IMG/VR virus record: IMGVR_UViG_3300025446_000004
Span: 1-64,000 of that record
Direction: 5' to 3' (one strand)
Source: a virus
Length of the DNA stretch: 64,000 nt
Under the pieces are notes generated by a model, which ran no database searches, was not told the DNA's origin, and was given only the letters and a program-made list of their open reading frames with translations. Both the position numbers and the translations under genes were made by a program. Each line of letters begins with the position of its first letter. Within the stretch, counting starts at the first letter, position 1. Below, piece by piece: positions 28,173-37,069 of the stretch.

Positions 28173-30854
28173 TTGGAAATCAAGCTTCTTAAAGCGGATG
28201 ATGTAAAACCGCCAATGAATATTACCACAATCACAGATATTAAACAGCTTCCGCTTCTTGTGGATTTTTTCAATAACTCTGGTGGTGTGTTTGGGTGGGA
28301 CATTGAGACAACTCCACTTAAAGATTTCTTCTATCGTCGCACTCGAACCGTTCAGTTTGGAAATCGAGAAAAACAATTTGTTGTCGATCTTCTGGCACTA
28401 TGCGACGGTGATCCTGATTTGCTCTTTGAGGCTCAAGGGAATTATGGCGCGAATCTCTACAAAGCGCCAAAACTCAAACTCTTTATGGACACCATTGCTC
28501 CGGTGCTTTGCGCTGCTGACTGTACAAAGGTTGGTGTGATGCTGAGTTTTGAGTACGAAAATTTTTACTGGCAATTCGGCCTTCGTACATGTGGATTCTT
28601 TGATTGCTCACTTGTAGAGAAAGTAATTTACGCCGGACTGCACTCATTGAAGCACTATGAGTTTTATTCCATGGAGGCCATGACTCAACGCTATTTCGCA
28701 TTCCAGATTGACAAGGGTTTGCAAACATCATTCAACCTGTCCGACCCACTCAGTGAAGACCAAATCAAATATGCAGCCCTTGATAGCCGCTTGCCGCTGG
28801 CCCTTCGTGATGCACAAATGCTTGTTCTTAAGGGCCGTACAGTAAAAGACTTGCTCGTGAAAGGAAACCCATCGGCTGCGATTCTTGCTAGATTAAACCC
28901 CCTTGTGCTTGGTGATAACCTCGTGGAGATTGCACAAATTGAAAATGATGCCATTGGCGCATTTCAAGACATGCACATTCACGGGGAGCGCATCAACTGT
29001 GAGAAGTGGCTTGCTCGATGCACCAAGCTTGAGGAAGAATTCAATAATCTGATTTTCAACGTGCTTGATCCTATATTTATACCAATTGTCGGGAACAAGA
29101 ACGATCTCATAACCGATGAATCCATTGAAACAGCAACACAGGAATGGAAGGCCCTTAACATAGTAACCGATGAGGAATTAATTCTAAAAAAGGATGCAAG
29201 GGGAGCGCGAAAACAGGGTCTACATTCTGTGGCAAGAGATTTGGAAATTAAAGCAGGAGAATTAGAAACCGCACGACGAACAAAAAAAGATGCCCTAAAA
29301 GAACAGACCAATGCACTAAAACGTACACGCACGGTACAATATGCTCTCTTGGAAAAATGTGAGGGCAATGCGCTCATCAACTATGGTTCAAACAAACAAC
29401 TGATAGCAGTAGTGCAACAGATACCGGGTCTCAAGAAAGTTAAGGATATGGAAGATGAGACCCTTGAAAAGTATTCTGTTTATGCTGTCATGCGTGCAAT
29501 TAAAGAGTATCATCGAATTTCAAAAGAACTGAGTACTTATGGCAGACCGTGGGCAACACAATGGAAAACACATGCGTGCAATGAAGAAGGATGGCTAAAT
29601 CCCGGCGATGGTCGCTTGCACTCTGTGTTCAATCAACTTGAAGCTGAAACAGGACGGTCCAGTTCTGAAAAACCAAACGGCCAGAATGTACCACAAGATA
29701 AAGAAGTACGCAGTTGTTTTATTGCTGACCCACCAAATGAAAACATCCGGATTAGTGGCTGCTGTGAGGACGACACAAGCTTTGAACCAGACGCTTTTGG
29801 AGCAAATCAGTTTTATTGTTTGAAGTGTGGGCAGCCTTGTGAAACCCACGCCGAAGAGTATGTAATCATTACTGCCGACATGTCTGGTGCCGAATTGCGC
29901 ATTATTGCTGAATGCGCCGATGATCCGTTGTGGATCATGGCATTCGCTCGTGGTAAAGATATTCACTCAGTAGGAACCGAACTTCTGTATGAAGAGAAGT
30001 GGCCCGTTCTTGCGCTGCCTGACTGTGACTACTATAAACTTCATACATGTGAATCGGTGGCGAAGAATCCGCTTTGTCAAGTTGGTGAACCACAATGCAA
30101 GAAATGTGAATGCCCTGAACACAAAGAACTTCGTGATGACAACAAGAGTACCAATTTTTTGTTAGCCTACGGGGGTGGTGCATATACGCTAGCGGCTCGC
30201 ATCAAGAAGACAGTCCGTGAAGCTAAAATCCTTATGGCCCTTCACGAACAGAAGAATCCGCGCATTTGGGAATATTTGAAAAAATCTGGTAAAATGGCCG
30301 TAAAGATCAAACGCGCATTCGACATGTTCGGACGCCGTAGATTGTTCCCAGAACCGACCATGGAACTCGCTAAGGAACGGTTCATGGAGGATCACGAAGA
30401 TAAGTTAGAAATTGAGCCGAATGAGGCCGATGAACGGATAGAAGATTTCGTTTCTACATATAAGCGAAAACCGACTGCCGAGGAAAAATGGTTCTTGACA
30501 CATCGGCTGCCAACACAGAACCAAATAAAAAGTTCTTGGAAAGGAATGCACGAGTCCATCGAACGGCAAGGCAAGAACCACTGCATTCAGGGAACCAACG
30601 CGACAATTGCAAAACTGGCTATGGGGTCTGGATGCGATAAAGATGGTAAACCATACCTATGGGTGACATTGCCACAATATCGTGCCAAGTTGGTAAAGTT
30701 CGTTCACGATGAGTTGGTGATTCAAGCACCAAAGCAATATGCTCAGATTGTGGTAGAATTGGTGGGAGACGCTTTTAAACGATCGGCGTCCACAAAGATG
30801 AAGAAGGTGGTCATGGAGTTTGATGCCCACGTTGCGGAGTATTGGAAGAAATGA
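28173..30854 (+). CDS. polA: DNA polymerase, family A, with 3'-5' exonuclease
   Basis: Exo DIETT and YAALD; TGRSSS..PN.QN; motif A ADMSGAELR; motif B R...KSTNFLLAYG; motif C FVHDE. Confidence 0.93.
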   Translation: MEIKLLKADDVKPPMNITTITDIKQLPLLVDFFNNSGGVFGWDIETTPLKDFFYRRTRTVQFGNREKQFVVDLLALCDGDPDLLFEAQGNYGANLYKAPKLKLFMDTIAPVLCAADCTKVGVMLSFEYENFYWQFGLRTCGFFDCSLVEKVIYAGLHSLKHYEFYSMEAMTQRYFAFQIDKGLQTSFNLSDPLSEDQIKYAALDSRLPLALRDAQMLVLKGRTVKDLLVKGNPSAAILARLNPLVLGDNLVEIAQIENDAIGAFQDMHIHGERINCEKWLARCTKLEEEFNNLIFNVLDPIFIPIVGNKNDLITDESIETATQEWKALNIVTDEELILKKDARGARKQGLHSVARDLEIKAGELETARRTKKDALKEQTNALKRTRTVQYALLEKCEGNALINYGSNKQLIAVVQQIPGLKKVKDMEDETLEKYSVYAVMRAIKEYHRISKELSTYGRPWATQWKTHACNEEGWLNPGDGRLHSVFNQLEAETGRSSSEKPNGQNVPQDKEVRSCFIADPPNENIRISGCCEDDTSFEPDAFGANQFYCLKCGQPCETHAEEYVIITADMSGAELRIIAECADDPLWIMAFARGKDIHSVGTELLYEEKWPVLALPDCDYYKLHTCESVAKNPLCQVGEPQCKKCECPEHKELRDDNKSTNFLLAYGGGAYTLAARIKKTVREAKILMALHEQKNPRIWEYLKKSGKMAVKIKRAFDMFGRRRLFPEPTMELAKERFMEDHEDKLEIEPNEADERIEDFVSTYKRKPTAEEKWFLTHRLPTQNQIKSSWKGMHESIERQGKNHCIQGTNATIAKLAMGSGCDKDGKPYLWVTLPQYRAKLVKFVHDELVIQAPKQYAQIVVELVGDAFKRSASTKMKKVVMEFDAHVAEYWKK

Positions 30855-31264
30855 AAAAACTTATATTGAAACGCCGAACCATTGAAGTAGTTCCATACAA
30901 CCACGATGTTACCGTAATCTTAACTACTGACATTAAACGTGCAGTATTAAAACTTAAGGGTGAACTTGGTGACGATATAATAACCCGCATAAAACCCAAC
31001 ATGCACGCCCTGACAGTCTTTTCAGATGGCAACTCTAATATATTTATATTCCTAGAAATGAAGCCGGATGTTGGCACCCTTGTGCATGAAGTTTATCATG
31101 CAGTGGATTTCATTTTACGTGATGCGGGGGTCAAAAATGATCCACACGTCAACGATGAAACGTGGGCTTACCATTTGGGCGACTTGACAAGACAAGTGGT
31201 AAAGTTTTATCATCACGCTAACAGCAAGGGAAAGTTCAGTACCAACAATCGGGCTAAGACTTGA
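30851..31264 (+). CDS. Zincin-like HExxH protein
   Basis: TLVHEVYHAV...DETWAY. Confidence 0.6.
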   Translation: MKKLILKRRTIEVVPYNHDVTVILTTDIKRAVLKLKGELGDDIITRIKPNMHALTVFSDGNSNIFIFLEMKPDVGTLVHEVYHAVDFILRDAGVKNDPHVNDETWAYHLGDLTRQVVKFYHHANSKGKFSTNNRAKT

Positions 31265-31289
31265 CAAACGGAAAAAAGTGTGCTATAGT
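31261..31289 (+). promoter_or_regulatory. Sigma70-type promoter
   Basis: TTGACA-17-TATAGT with TG extension. Confidence 0.8.
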
Positions 31290-31420
31290 CATAAAAGAAT
31301 GCGGCGAAGGTGAGAAAAGAGCGGGCCGGTGGTCCGGGGAGCTTGGGGAACTGCTTACGGCACCGGTCCAAAATCACGGTTCGCCGCATAAGGCGTAGAA
31401 AAATTATATGGAGGAATCAA

Positions 31421-31642
31421 ATGACACTGGTATCTGATGTTGAAGCGGTGGCAAAGAAAATTGAAACAAACGTGATTGCAGACGCGAAGGCAGTTGAAGC
31501 CAAGTTGGCTGCTGCTCTTGCAAATGAGGCAACAAAGGCTAAGGCCCTTATCCTTGTAGAGGTTCAGAAGGCCAGTGTAAGCGCACAGACTTTAGCAGAG
31601 ACGCTTAAGGCCCTGTTTCTTGCTGAGCTTTCCAAGCTGTAG
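31421..31642 (+). CDS. Small Ala-rich helical protein
   Basis: ATG at 31421 after GGAGGA; MTLVSDVEAVAKK... Confidence 0.65.
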   Translation: MTLVSDVEAVAKKIETNVIADAKAVEAKLAAALANEATKAKALILVEVQKASVSAQTLAETLKALFLAELSKL

Positions 31643-31879
31643 TAGTTTGGGTGTACTCGCTGTTTAATAGCGGAGACAAAACAACGTGCCCTGTGCGGGC
31701 CAGTGTGGCTGATACCAACGTTGACAAATCGCTATCTCTGTCAGGGGACACCGGTGTAATTCGAATTCATCGGCGGCGAGTCGCAGCGACCGTGGGATAC
31801 GTCTAGTCGTTTCGCGTCTAGGCGTGTCTCACGGTCTAGGTTTTAAGGAGAGTTGTAATATATTTTTATAGAAAATCCG

Positions 31880-31920
31880 CTTTTTCCCTTTATATTACTA
31901 CGTAATATAAAGGGAAAAAG
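31880..31920. repeat. Perfect 19-bp inverted repeat with 3-nt spacer
   Basis: CTTTTTCCCTTTATATTAC-TAC-GTAATATAAAGGGAAAAAG. Confidence 0.95.
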
Positions 31921-31955
31921 TAAAAAGAAAGCGAAAGTGGGAAGAGGAGGCGAAC

Positions 31956-32147
31956 ATGGTGAAACTCTACGTGATACAACTTAAGAAATGGAAACGATGG
32001 AACAAAACCATCTGGACCCACGGCAGACATGAATATGGTGGACCGGTTTCTTTACGGTCCGCCATGAAAGCCTTGACGAAAGCACAAAAAGCATTTCCAA
32101 AAAGTGAATATCGAATTGCTGTGTATCGTCCAAGGAAAAAGAAGTGA
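31956..32147 (+). CDS. Small basic hypothetical protein
   Basis: GAGGAGG RBS; 63 aa. Confidence 0.6.
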   Translation: MVKLYVIQLKKWKRWNKTIWTHGRHEYGGPVSLRSAMKALTKAQKAFPKSEYRIAVYRPRKKK

Positions 32148-32155
32148 AAGCGGGC

Positions 32156-32314
32156 TTTTCCACCGCAACCGGGAGAACCTAGCGGGGCTTAATGGTCCGG
32201 TCATGCAAAGGATGCACCGTTACCTGACCACGTGGAGTAACGGGATAGGGTACGCACAGTGTTGCACTGTGCGTGACCCGCATAGGCGGTAAAAATCCGC
32301 CCGATGGAAAACCA
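32156..32314 (+). ncRNA. Candidate multi-stem structured RNA ending in CCA
   Basis: TTTTCCA/TGGAAAA closing stem then CCA; several internal hairpins. Confidence 0.45.
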
Positions 32315-32315
32315 A

Positions 32316-32417
32316 GAGGGTGTAGCTCAGATGGTGAGAGCACCCGACATGTTTCAGCCTTAAGGTAGACCAAAGGCACGTGCCGGGAGGCCGCAGGTTC
32401 GATTCCTGTCACCCCTT
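32316..32417 (+). tRNA. tRNA-like RNA with expanded anticodon arm (no assignable anticodon)
   Basis: TAGCTCAG..TGGT.AGAGC D arm, GCAGG-TTCGATT-CCTGT T arm, GGGTG/CACCC acceptor pairing; 35-nt insert in place of the 7-nt loop. Confidence 0.65.
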
Positions 32418-32542
32418 GGATTTTGATGCCGAGAGACACTTAGTGTAGCGGCATCGGGAAACGTCTCTTGTTTGACTAGGGGAGACCATGGGCGACGTTT
32501 TGGAGAGAGTATCTTGGGTTTTGGCCGTCCACCAAAAGTTTT

Positions 32543-32617
32543 CGCGGGGTAGCTCAGTCCGGTAAGAGCGAAAGATTCATAATCTTTAGGCCACAGGTTC
32601 AAATCCTGTCCCCGCAA
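32543..32617 (+). tRNA. tRNA-Met(CAT), initiator-like acceptor stem
   Basis: CGCGGGG/CCCCGCA with C1xA72 mismatch, loop TTCATAA, T loop TTCAAAT; CCA not encoded. Confidence 0.9.
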
Positions 32618-32628
32618 CATTGGTTGCT

Positions 32629-33030
32629 ATGAACGAAAAACGTAGAGAGTATATGAAAATATATCACCACGAGTGGTATATTAATACCATGGTGAAACGA
32701 AGAGAACAGTGGTTTGTAGAAAATGGCCCATGTGTGGATTGTGGTAGAAATATAAATCTTGAAGTTGATCATATAGACCCATCCACCAAAATAAGTCACT
32801 GTGTTTGGAGTTGGTCAGAAAAGCGACGCAAAGAAGAATTAGAAAAATGTGTTGTACGCTGTAACGAATGTCATAAAATAAAAACAGCATCGGAGATTAG
32901 GGCAAAACTTTCTCGTCCCCCTGTACACGGAACAAGTTCAGGGTATATACACCACAAGTGTCGTTGTCATTTATGCAAGGATTTCCATAAAAATTATAGA
33001 CATTCCTACTATTTACAAAGTGGTAAATAG
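32629..33030 (+). CDS. HNH endonuclease
   Basis: CVDCG...LEVDHIDP...CVVRCNECH; C-terminal HGT..GY..CRC..C module. Confidence 0.85.
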   Translation: MNEKRREYMKIYHHEWYINTMVKRREQWFVENGPCVDCGRNINLEVDHIDPSTKISHCVWSWSEKRRKEELEKCVVRCNECHKIKTASEIRAKLSRPPVHGTSSGYIHHKCRCHLCKDFHKNYRHSYYLQSGK

Positions 33031-33035
33031 TTTTT

Positions 33036-33602
33036 ATGAATCAAACTCATTTCACGGCTGATGAGCATATCGGTCACAAAAATATAATTATTTACTGCAA
33101 CCGCCCCTTTGCGGACATTCGTGAGATGCGCGATGAGATGATCCGTCGCCATAACGAAGTTGTCTCGGATGGTGATATAGTATATCATATCGGTGATATG
33201 TTTTGGCGTTTCAACAAGACAAAGGAAGTTTTAGACTACCTCTATTCACTCAACGGCACTCACCGATATGTTCTCGGGAACCATGAGGAAGCCATTCGAG
33301 ACCTTTTCAATAAATATCCAGACTGTGAATTCTTTGGTCCCCTATTTGAGCGCGTGTACTTAAATGGGGTGTCTACGGGAACGCCGGGCGGCATTGTGCT
33401 TGACCACTATGCCGGACGCGTGTGGCAGAACAGCAGTCACGGCTCGTGGCAATTATTTGGGCATAGTCACGCTGCACTACCTGACATTGGACTTTTACAA
33501 ATGGATGTAGGAGTTGACGCCCACAACTTCTATCCTGTATCATTGGATCAAGTAAAAGCGATCATGGCAAAGAAAATGGAGAGCCAGAGTGAGCGACCCT
33601 GA
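33036..33602 (+). CDS. Calcineurin-like metallophosphoesterase
   Basis: DEHIGH, HIGD, GNHE, GHSH, DVGVD motifs. Confidence 0.9.
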   Translation: MNQTHFTADEHIGHKNIIIYCNRPFADIREMRDEMIRRHNEVVSDGDIVYHIGDMFWRFNKTKEVLDYLYSLNGTHRYVLGNHEEAIRDLFNKYPDCEFFGPLFERVYLNGVSTGTPGGIVLDHYAGRVWQNSSHGSWQLFGHSHAALPDIGLLQMDVGVDAHNFYPVSLDQVKAIMAKKMESQSERP

Positions 33603-34377
33603 TAAAAATATATCCCACGTCTATGAAAAAGACGAGTCTCCTTGTGAGCACAAATGGTCGCTCTATCGCCCTAGAAACAGTGGTATTGTAAAACGCTGCC
33701 TAAAATGTGGCTACATTCTTATTGAAAAAACCCCATGTCAACATCCCAATGCTTATTATATTGGCATCGATCCAGAGGCGCAGGGGCCAACATCTGTTTA
33801 CCGGTGTGAATCATGTAGAGAAGATTTTAAAAAAGAAGGCTGTTGGCACTTACACCGCGCAATAGCACGGCGAGAGCTTGAAACCAACGCAGCAGGAGAA
33901 CAACTATATTTATATTACGAAACATGTTTGGACTGTGGTGAGCGGCTTGTCAAAGCTCCGGAGCCGTATCAAGATAGTAACTGCACCAGTTGTCACCGCA
34001 GGGGCACAGTTCTATTCCATAGATTACCTAGTGGAAAAAACATTGCTCTATGTACGATGTGCGGTAAATACACCGACTTGTCAGTAAACTCCCCGGCAGC
34101 TACCATTACCACAGCAGCCCAACAATTAAACGAACAAATGACCCGCAATCGGGCAGCTAGGGATTTACTCAGAGCCAGTTTGCCCACAGATACTTTACAA
34201 GAACAAAGAATAATGCAAGGAATTGTAAATACGCAATTAGAAGCTTTAGCTAGAAATATGACCCCCGCATTTGCACGTAGCCAACCAAAAACCACGGCTA
34301 TAGTTGTAAAAAGGGAAACCACAACTCTTGTTGTGTCTACCGACCAAAGACCGCGTAAGTTCATTTGGGACGCATAG
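33589..34377 (+). CDS. Multi-zinc-ribbon hypothetical protein
   Basis: Repeated CxH...CxxC units. Confidence 0.6.
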   Translation: MSDPDKNISHVYEKDESPCEHKWSLYRPRNSGIVKRCLKCGYILIEKTPCQHPNAYYIGIDPEAQGPTSVYRCESCREDFKKEGCWHLHRAIARRELETNAAGEQLYLYYETCLDCGERLVKAPEPYQDSNCTSCHRRGTVLFHRLPSGKNIALCTMCGKYTDLSVNSPAATITTAAQQLNEQMTRNRAARDLLRASLPTDTLQEQRIMQGIVNTQLEALARNMTPAFARSQPKTTAIVVKRETTTLVVSTDQRPRKFIWDA

Positions 34378-34385
34378 GGGGAACA

Positions 34386-34653
34386 ATGGAGTATACTCAA
34401 AAACTTGATGTACTTTGTACCGAAGTACGAAATGAAGTCACACGTGCTGTATCTCTTCATGGCGGTATGAAAAGTCAGCACGAGGCTTATGCTGTAATCC
34501 TTGAAGAACTTGATGAGTTTTGGGATTTGGTGAAAATCAACCCAAAAAAAACTTCCACCCGAGGAACAAGATAAACGGTTGGACGACATGCACGTTGAAC
34601 TCATCCAAATCGCAGCTATGGCAATCCGAACGATCTATGATCTAGCATTATAG
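34386..34653 (+). pseudogene. MazG-like all-alpha NTP pyrophosphatase, frameshifted in an A8 run
   Basis: VILEELDEFWD in one frame continues as LPPEEQ...ELIQIAAMAIR in the +1 frame after 34544-34551. Confidence 0.6.
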
Positions 34654-34661
34654 GAGGAAGC

Positions 34662-35123
34662 ATGAAATCACAAACCCTGCTGCAATCATTCGTTACATAC
34701 TGCCAAGACCATCCAGAGGAACGCTTCTGGCAAGCCTTGCGAAACTGGTCAAAGTGGAGTTTTATTGGTGTATCAAATGACTTGGTGAGTTGGCGAGATA
34801 CAATGTTTTGGGAGGGCCGATCAAGCTTTATTGAGGGGATCGGACCGGACCAGAAAATTAAAAGCCATAGGATTGACGTTCGACACGTCTGCGCTATCTG
34901 TGATAAGGTGTATGGAGAACATGAGGCATATAGCAACCGATGCACATATGGCCCAAAAAGTGCCGTGCTGAATGGAGTGAAATTTCTGGACACTGTGTTT
35001 GCTCCCAAGAAGGGGTGGGAACCACCGGCGGATGACTCTAATAAAATGTTAGTACAAGACAGGCTCCAAAGCAGACGTTATCAGGGTGACGAGCAAGAAA
35101 GTTCCGCAGAGAGGTTGAGCTAA
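34662..35123 (+). CDS. Hypothetical protein
   Basis: AGGAGG RBS; HPEERFWQALRN motif. Confidence 0.65.
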   Translation: MKSQTLLQSFVTYCQDHPEERFWQALRNWSKWSFIGVSNDLVSWRDTMFWEGRSSFIEGIGPDQKIKSHRIDVRHVCAICDKVYGEHEAYSNRCTYGPKSAVLNGVKFLDTVFAPKKGWEPPADDSNKMLVQDRLQSRRYQGDEQESSAERLS

Positions 35124-35353
35124 TGTATATATCTTGTTACCGAATTTACAAACTCCGTCCTGACATGAAACCTGTTTGCTGTGAATCGTGTCATACGGAT
35201 GATGAAGAATTTGGTTATGATTTATGTGCAGTTGACGGTCCAGATGGATCAATTGGTGAACATACTGGTGGAGTTTGTTGTAGAATGTCGATGCAACTTG
35301 ACGATAAACCCTTAACTGTTGAAGAATGGGAAAAACTGAAAACGGAGGAGTAA
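35123..35353 (+). CDS. Cys-rich hypothetical protein
   Basis: CCESCH...VCC; coupled ORF. Confidence 0.55.
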   Translation: MYISCYRIYKLRPDMKPVCCESCHTDDEEFGYDLCAVDGPDGSIGEHTGGVCCRMSMQLDDKPLTVEEWEKLKTEE

Positions 35354-35829
35354 TGGCTAAAAAGAAATCATCCAAGCGTCCTATGAAGCCATACTGGACA
35401 TTCGTGAACGACATTACATACTATCTAAAAGACCACTTCTACCTGCACTCGTGGACTCTTCATGTTCTGCAAGTAAAGAACGACAAGACTAGCCAGAACG
35501 ATACAAATGCCGAAGTGATTGCTAGCATGGGTAGTGATGATACCTATATGGACGCGACTCTTAGTTTGTATCCTCTAGCAAAAAGAATGTGGAAAGAAAG
35601 GCGATGCAATTCCCTTGGACGTGCCATTGTACATGAATTCTGTCACGTCATAACCGATCCTCTGTACAAGATTGCTTGTAACGGGATATGTCGCCGCGAA
35701 GGTCCGGGGCTGGAACATACGCGAGAGAATACGACACAACACATATGCAACATTGTCATGCCCGGCATCGACAAAAAAATCTTCTCTCCATATAAAAATA
35801 TCAGGAGTAAACGACAATGCATACATTGA
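35353..35829 (+). CDS. Zincin-like HExxH protein
   Basis: AIVHEFCHV; GGAGGAG RBS. Confidence 0.6.
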   Translation: MAKKKSSKRPMKPYWTFVNDITYYLKDHFYLHSWTLHVLQVKNDKTSQNDTNAEVIASMGSDDTYMDATLSLYPLAKRMWKERRCNSLGRAIVHEFCHVITDPLYKIACNGICRREGPGLEHTRENTTQHICNIVMPGIDKKIFSPYKNIRSKRQCIH

Positions 35830-36080
35830 CAACGGACCAGAAAATGACAATTCGTAGAAATGCACAGCGAGCCATTGACGAATGCGACTATCGGGCATTC
35901 AGAAACAGTCTGTTATCCCCAGAGCAGATTGTCGCCCTGCTGGATGAAACAGAGGCCATAAGGAATCGTCTCTCGACCATCTACCGGGAAGATTCCTATG
36001 AAGTCAGGCGACAAGCCAATCCACCTATAATGATCTCAGCCGTATCTGCTAGACGTAAGGCGATGCAATACCCATTGTAA
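35817..36080 (+). CDS. Hypothetical protein
   Basis: AGGAG RBS, 87 aa. Confidence 0.5.
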   Translation: MHTLTTDQKMTIRRNAQRAIDECDYRAFRNSLLSPEQIVALLDETEAIRNRLSTIYREDSYEVRRQANPPIMISAVSARRKAMQYPL

Positions 36081-36126
36081 TAAAAGATAAAAATATATTG
36101 GAACTAAAGGACAAGGAGGAACCACA

Positions 36127-36330
36127 ATGGTAAAGTATTCATTCAGACATACACATGGTTGGATCGTAAAAGTATTGTGGGAAGAAATCATCCAATCAAG
36201 TAACGATATATTGTTATTGAAACAAATGGCAATCGATGGCAACGACAAATTGCAAGTAGTCATCATCAACATGCAGGACCGCCGGGAGAGGATGCTAAAT
36301 CTCTACGACTTCTTTACACCAAAGGATTAG
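36127..36330 (+). CDS. Hypothetical protein
   Basis: AGGAGG RBS, 67 aa. Confidence 0.55.
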   Translation: MVKYSFRHTHGWIVKVLWEEIIQSSNDILLLKQMAIDGNDKLQVVIINMQDRRERMLNLYDFFTPKD

Positions 36331-36356
36331 TTCAAGAAGTGCCATTTGAAATAACT

Positions 36357-36395
36357 CCTGCACAATAACTCGCCCAAAGTTATCGTGCAGGTTTT
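36357..36395 (+). terminator. Rho-independent terminator
   Basis: CCTGCACAATAACT...AGTTATCGTGCAGG followed by TTTT. Confidence 0.65.
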
Positions 36396-36564
36396 GTGTA
36401 TTCACAAAATTTATATTAGAACACTTCTAATAACATTATATTGAAGTGACCCCCTTTTCCGCATATCTCCAACCGGCCCCCTGACACCCTTCCAGCCTTG
36501 ACACAAGCCCTTTATATCCCCATAGGCTTGACACTACCCCGTTAAGACCCCCTTCCTATACCAA

Positions 36565-36580
36565 TGTTCCACGTGGAACA
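36565..36580. promoter_or_regulatory. parS: parS centromere-like site
   Basis: Perfect palindrome TGTTCCACGTGGAACA matching the bacterial chromosomal ParB-binding consensus. Confidence 0.8.
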
Positions 36581-37069
36581 CAGTGTGAAACATTTGATTC
36601 CATTGGGAGCGTCTGTGTTTCATGCTGCCATGCCGGGATAGCTGCGCACGCTGTTAATTATTACAACGCGCTGGATTAGTGGGGTATCCGATTTTGGCCA
36701 CACCAGCAAAAGCTGACGAACGCATACCCCTGTGGGGTCTGGCGGCACGGTCGGCCCGGTACTTCTTAACCACCCTATAACCCCTGTAAAATCTTATACA
36801 TGCGCCATGTAAACGGTTACAATGTTTCTGGGTTGCAACCTTTTACCGTTGGAATTCTGCGGCATCCGGTTTGTAACTCGTTTGGTTTTAATGGGATGGT
36901 CGCAATGTAAACAAAATCACATAATGTTGACAAATGGTCACAGGTTATCAACTAATAAATTAGTTGATGGTTTGGAAACAAGATTGTGTGACGTGGCGCA
37001 TAGTAAACGACAGGATACGGCCCATTTAATCTTTACATCCGTTCCCCTATTGAACTCGGTCCGTTCCGG

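Noticed and set aside
32425-32470. HDV-like (theta) ribozyme after the tRNA-like gene
   Set aside because: A P1/P2-like pseudoknot can be drawn, but the L3 pyrimidines and catalytic C context are not convincing and an alternative hairpin competes
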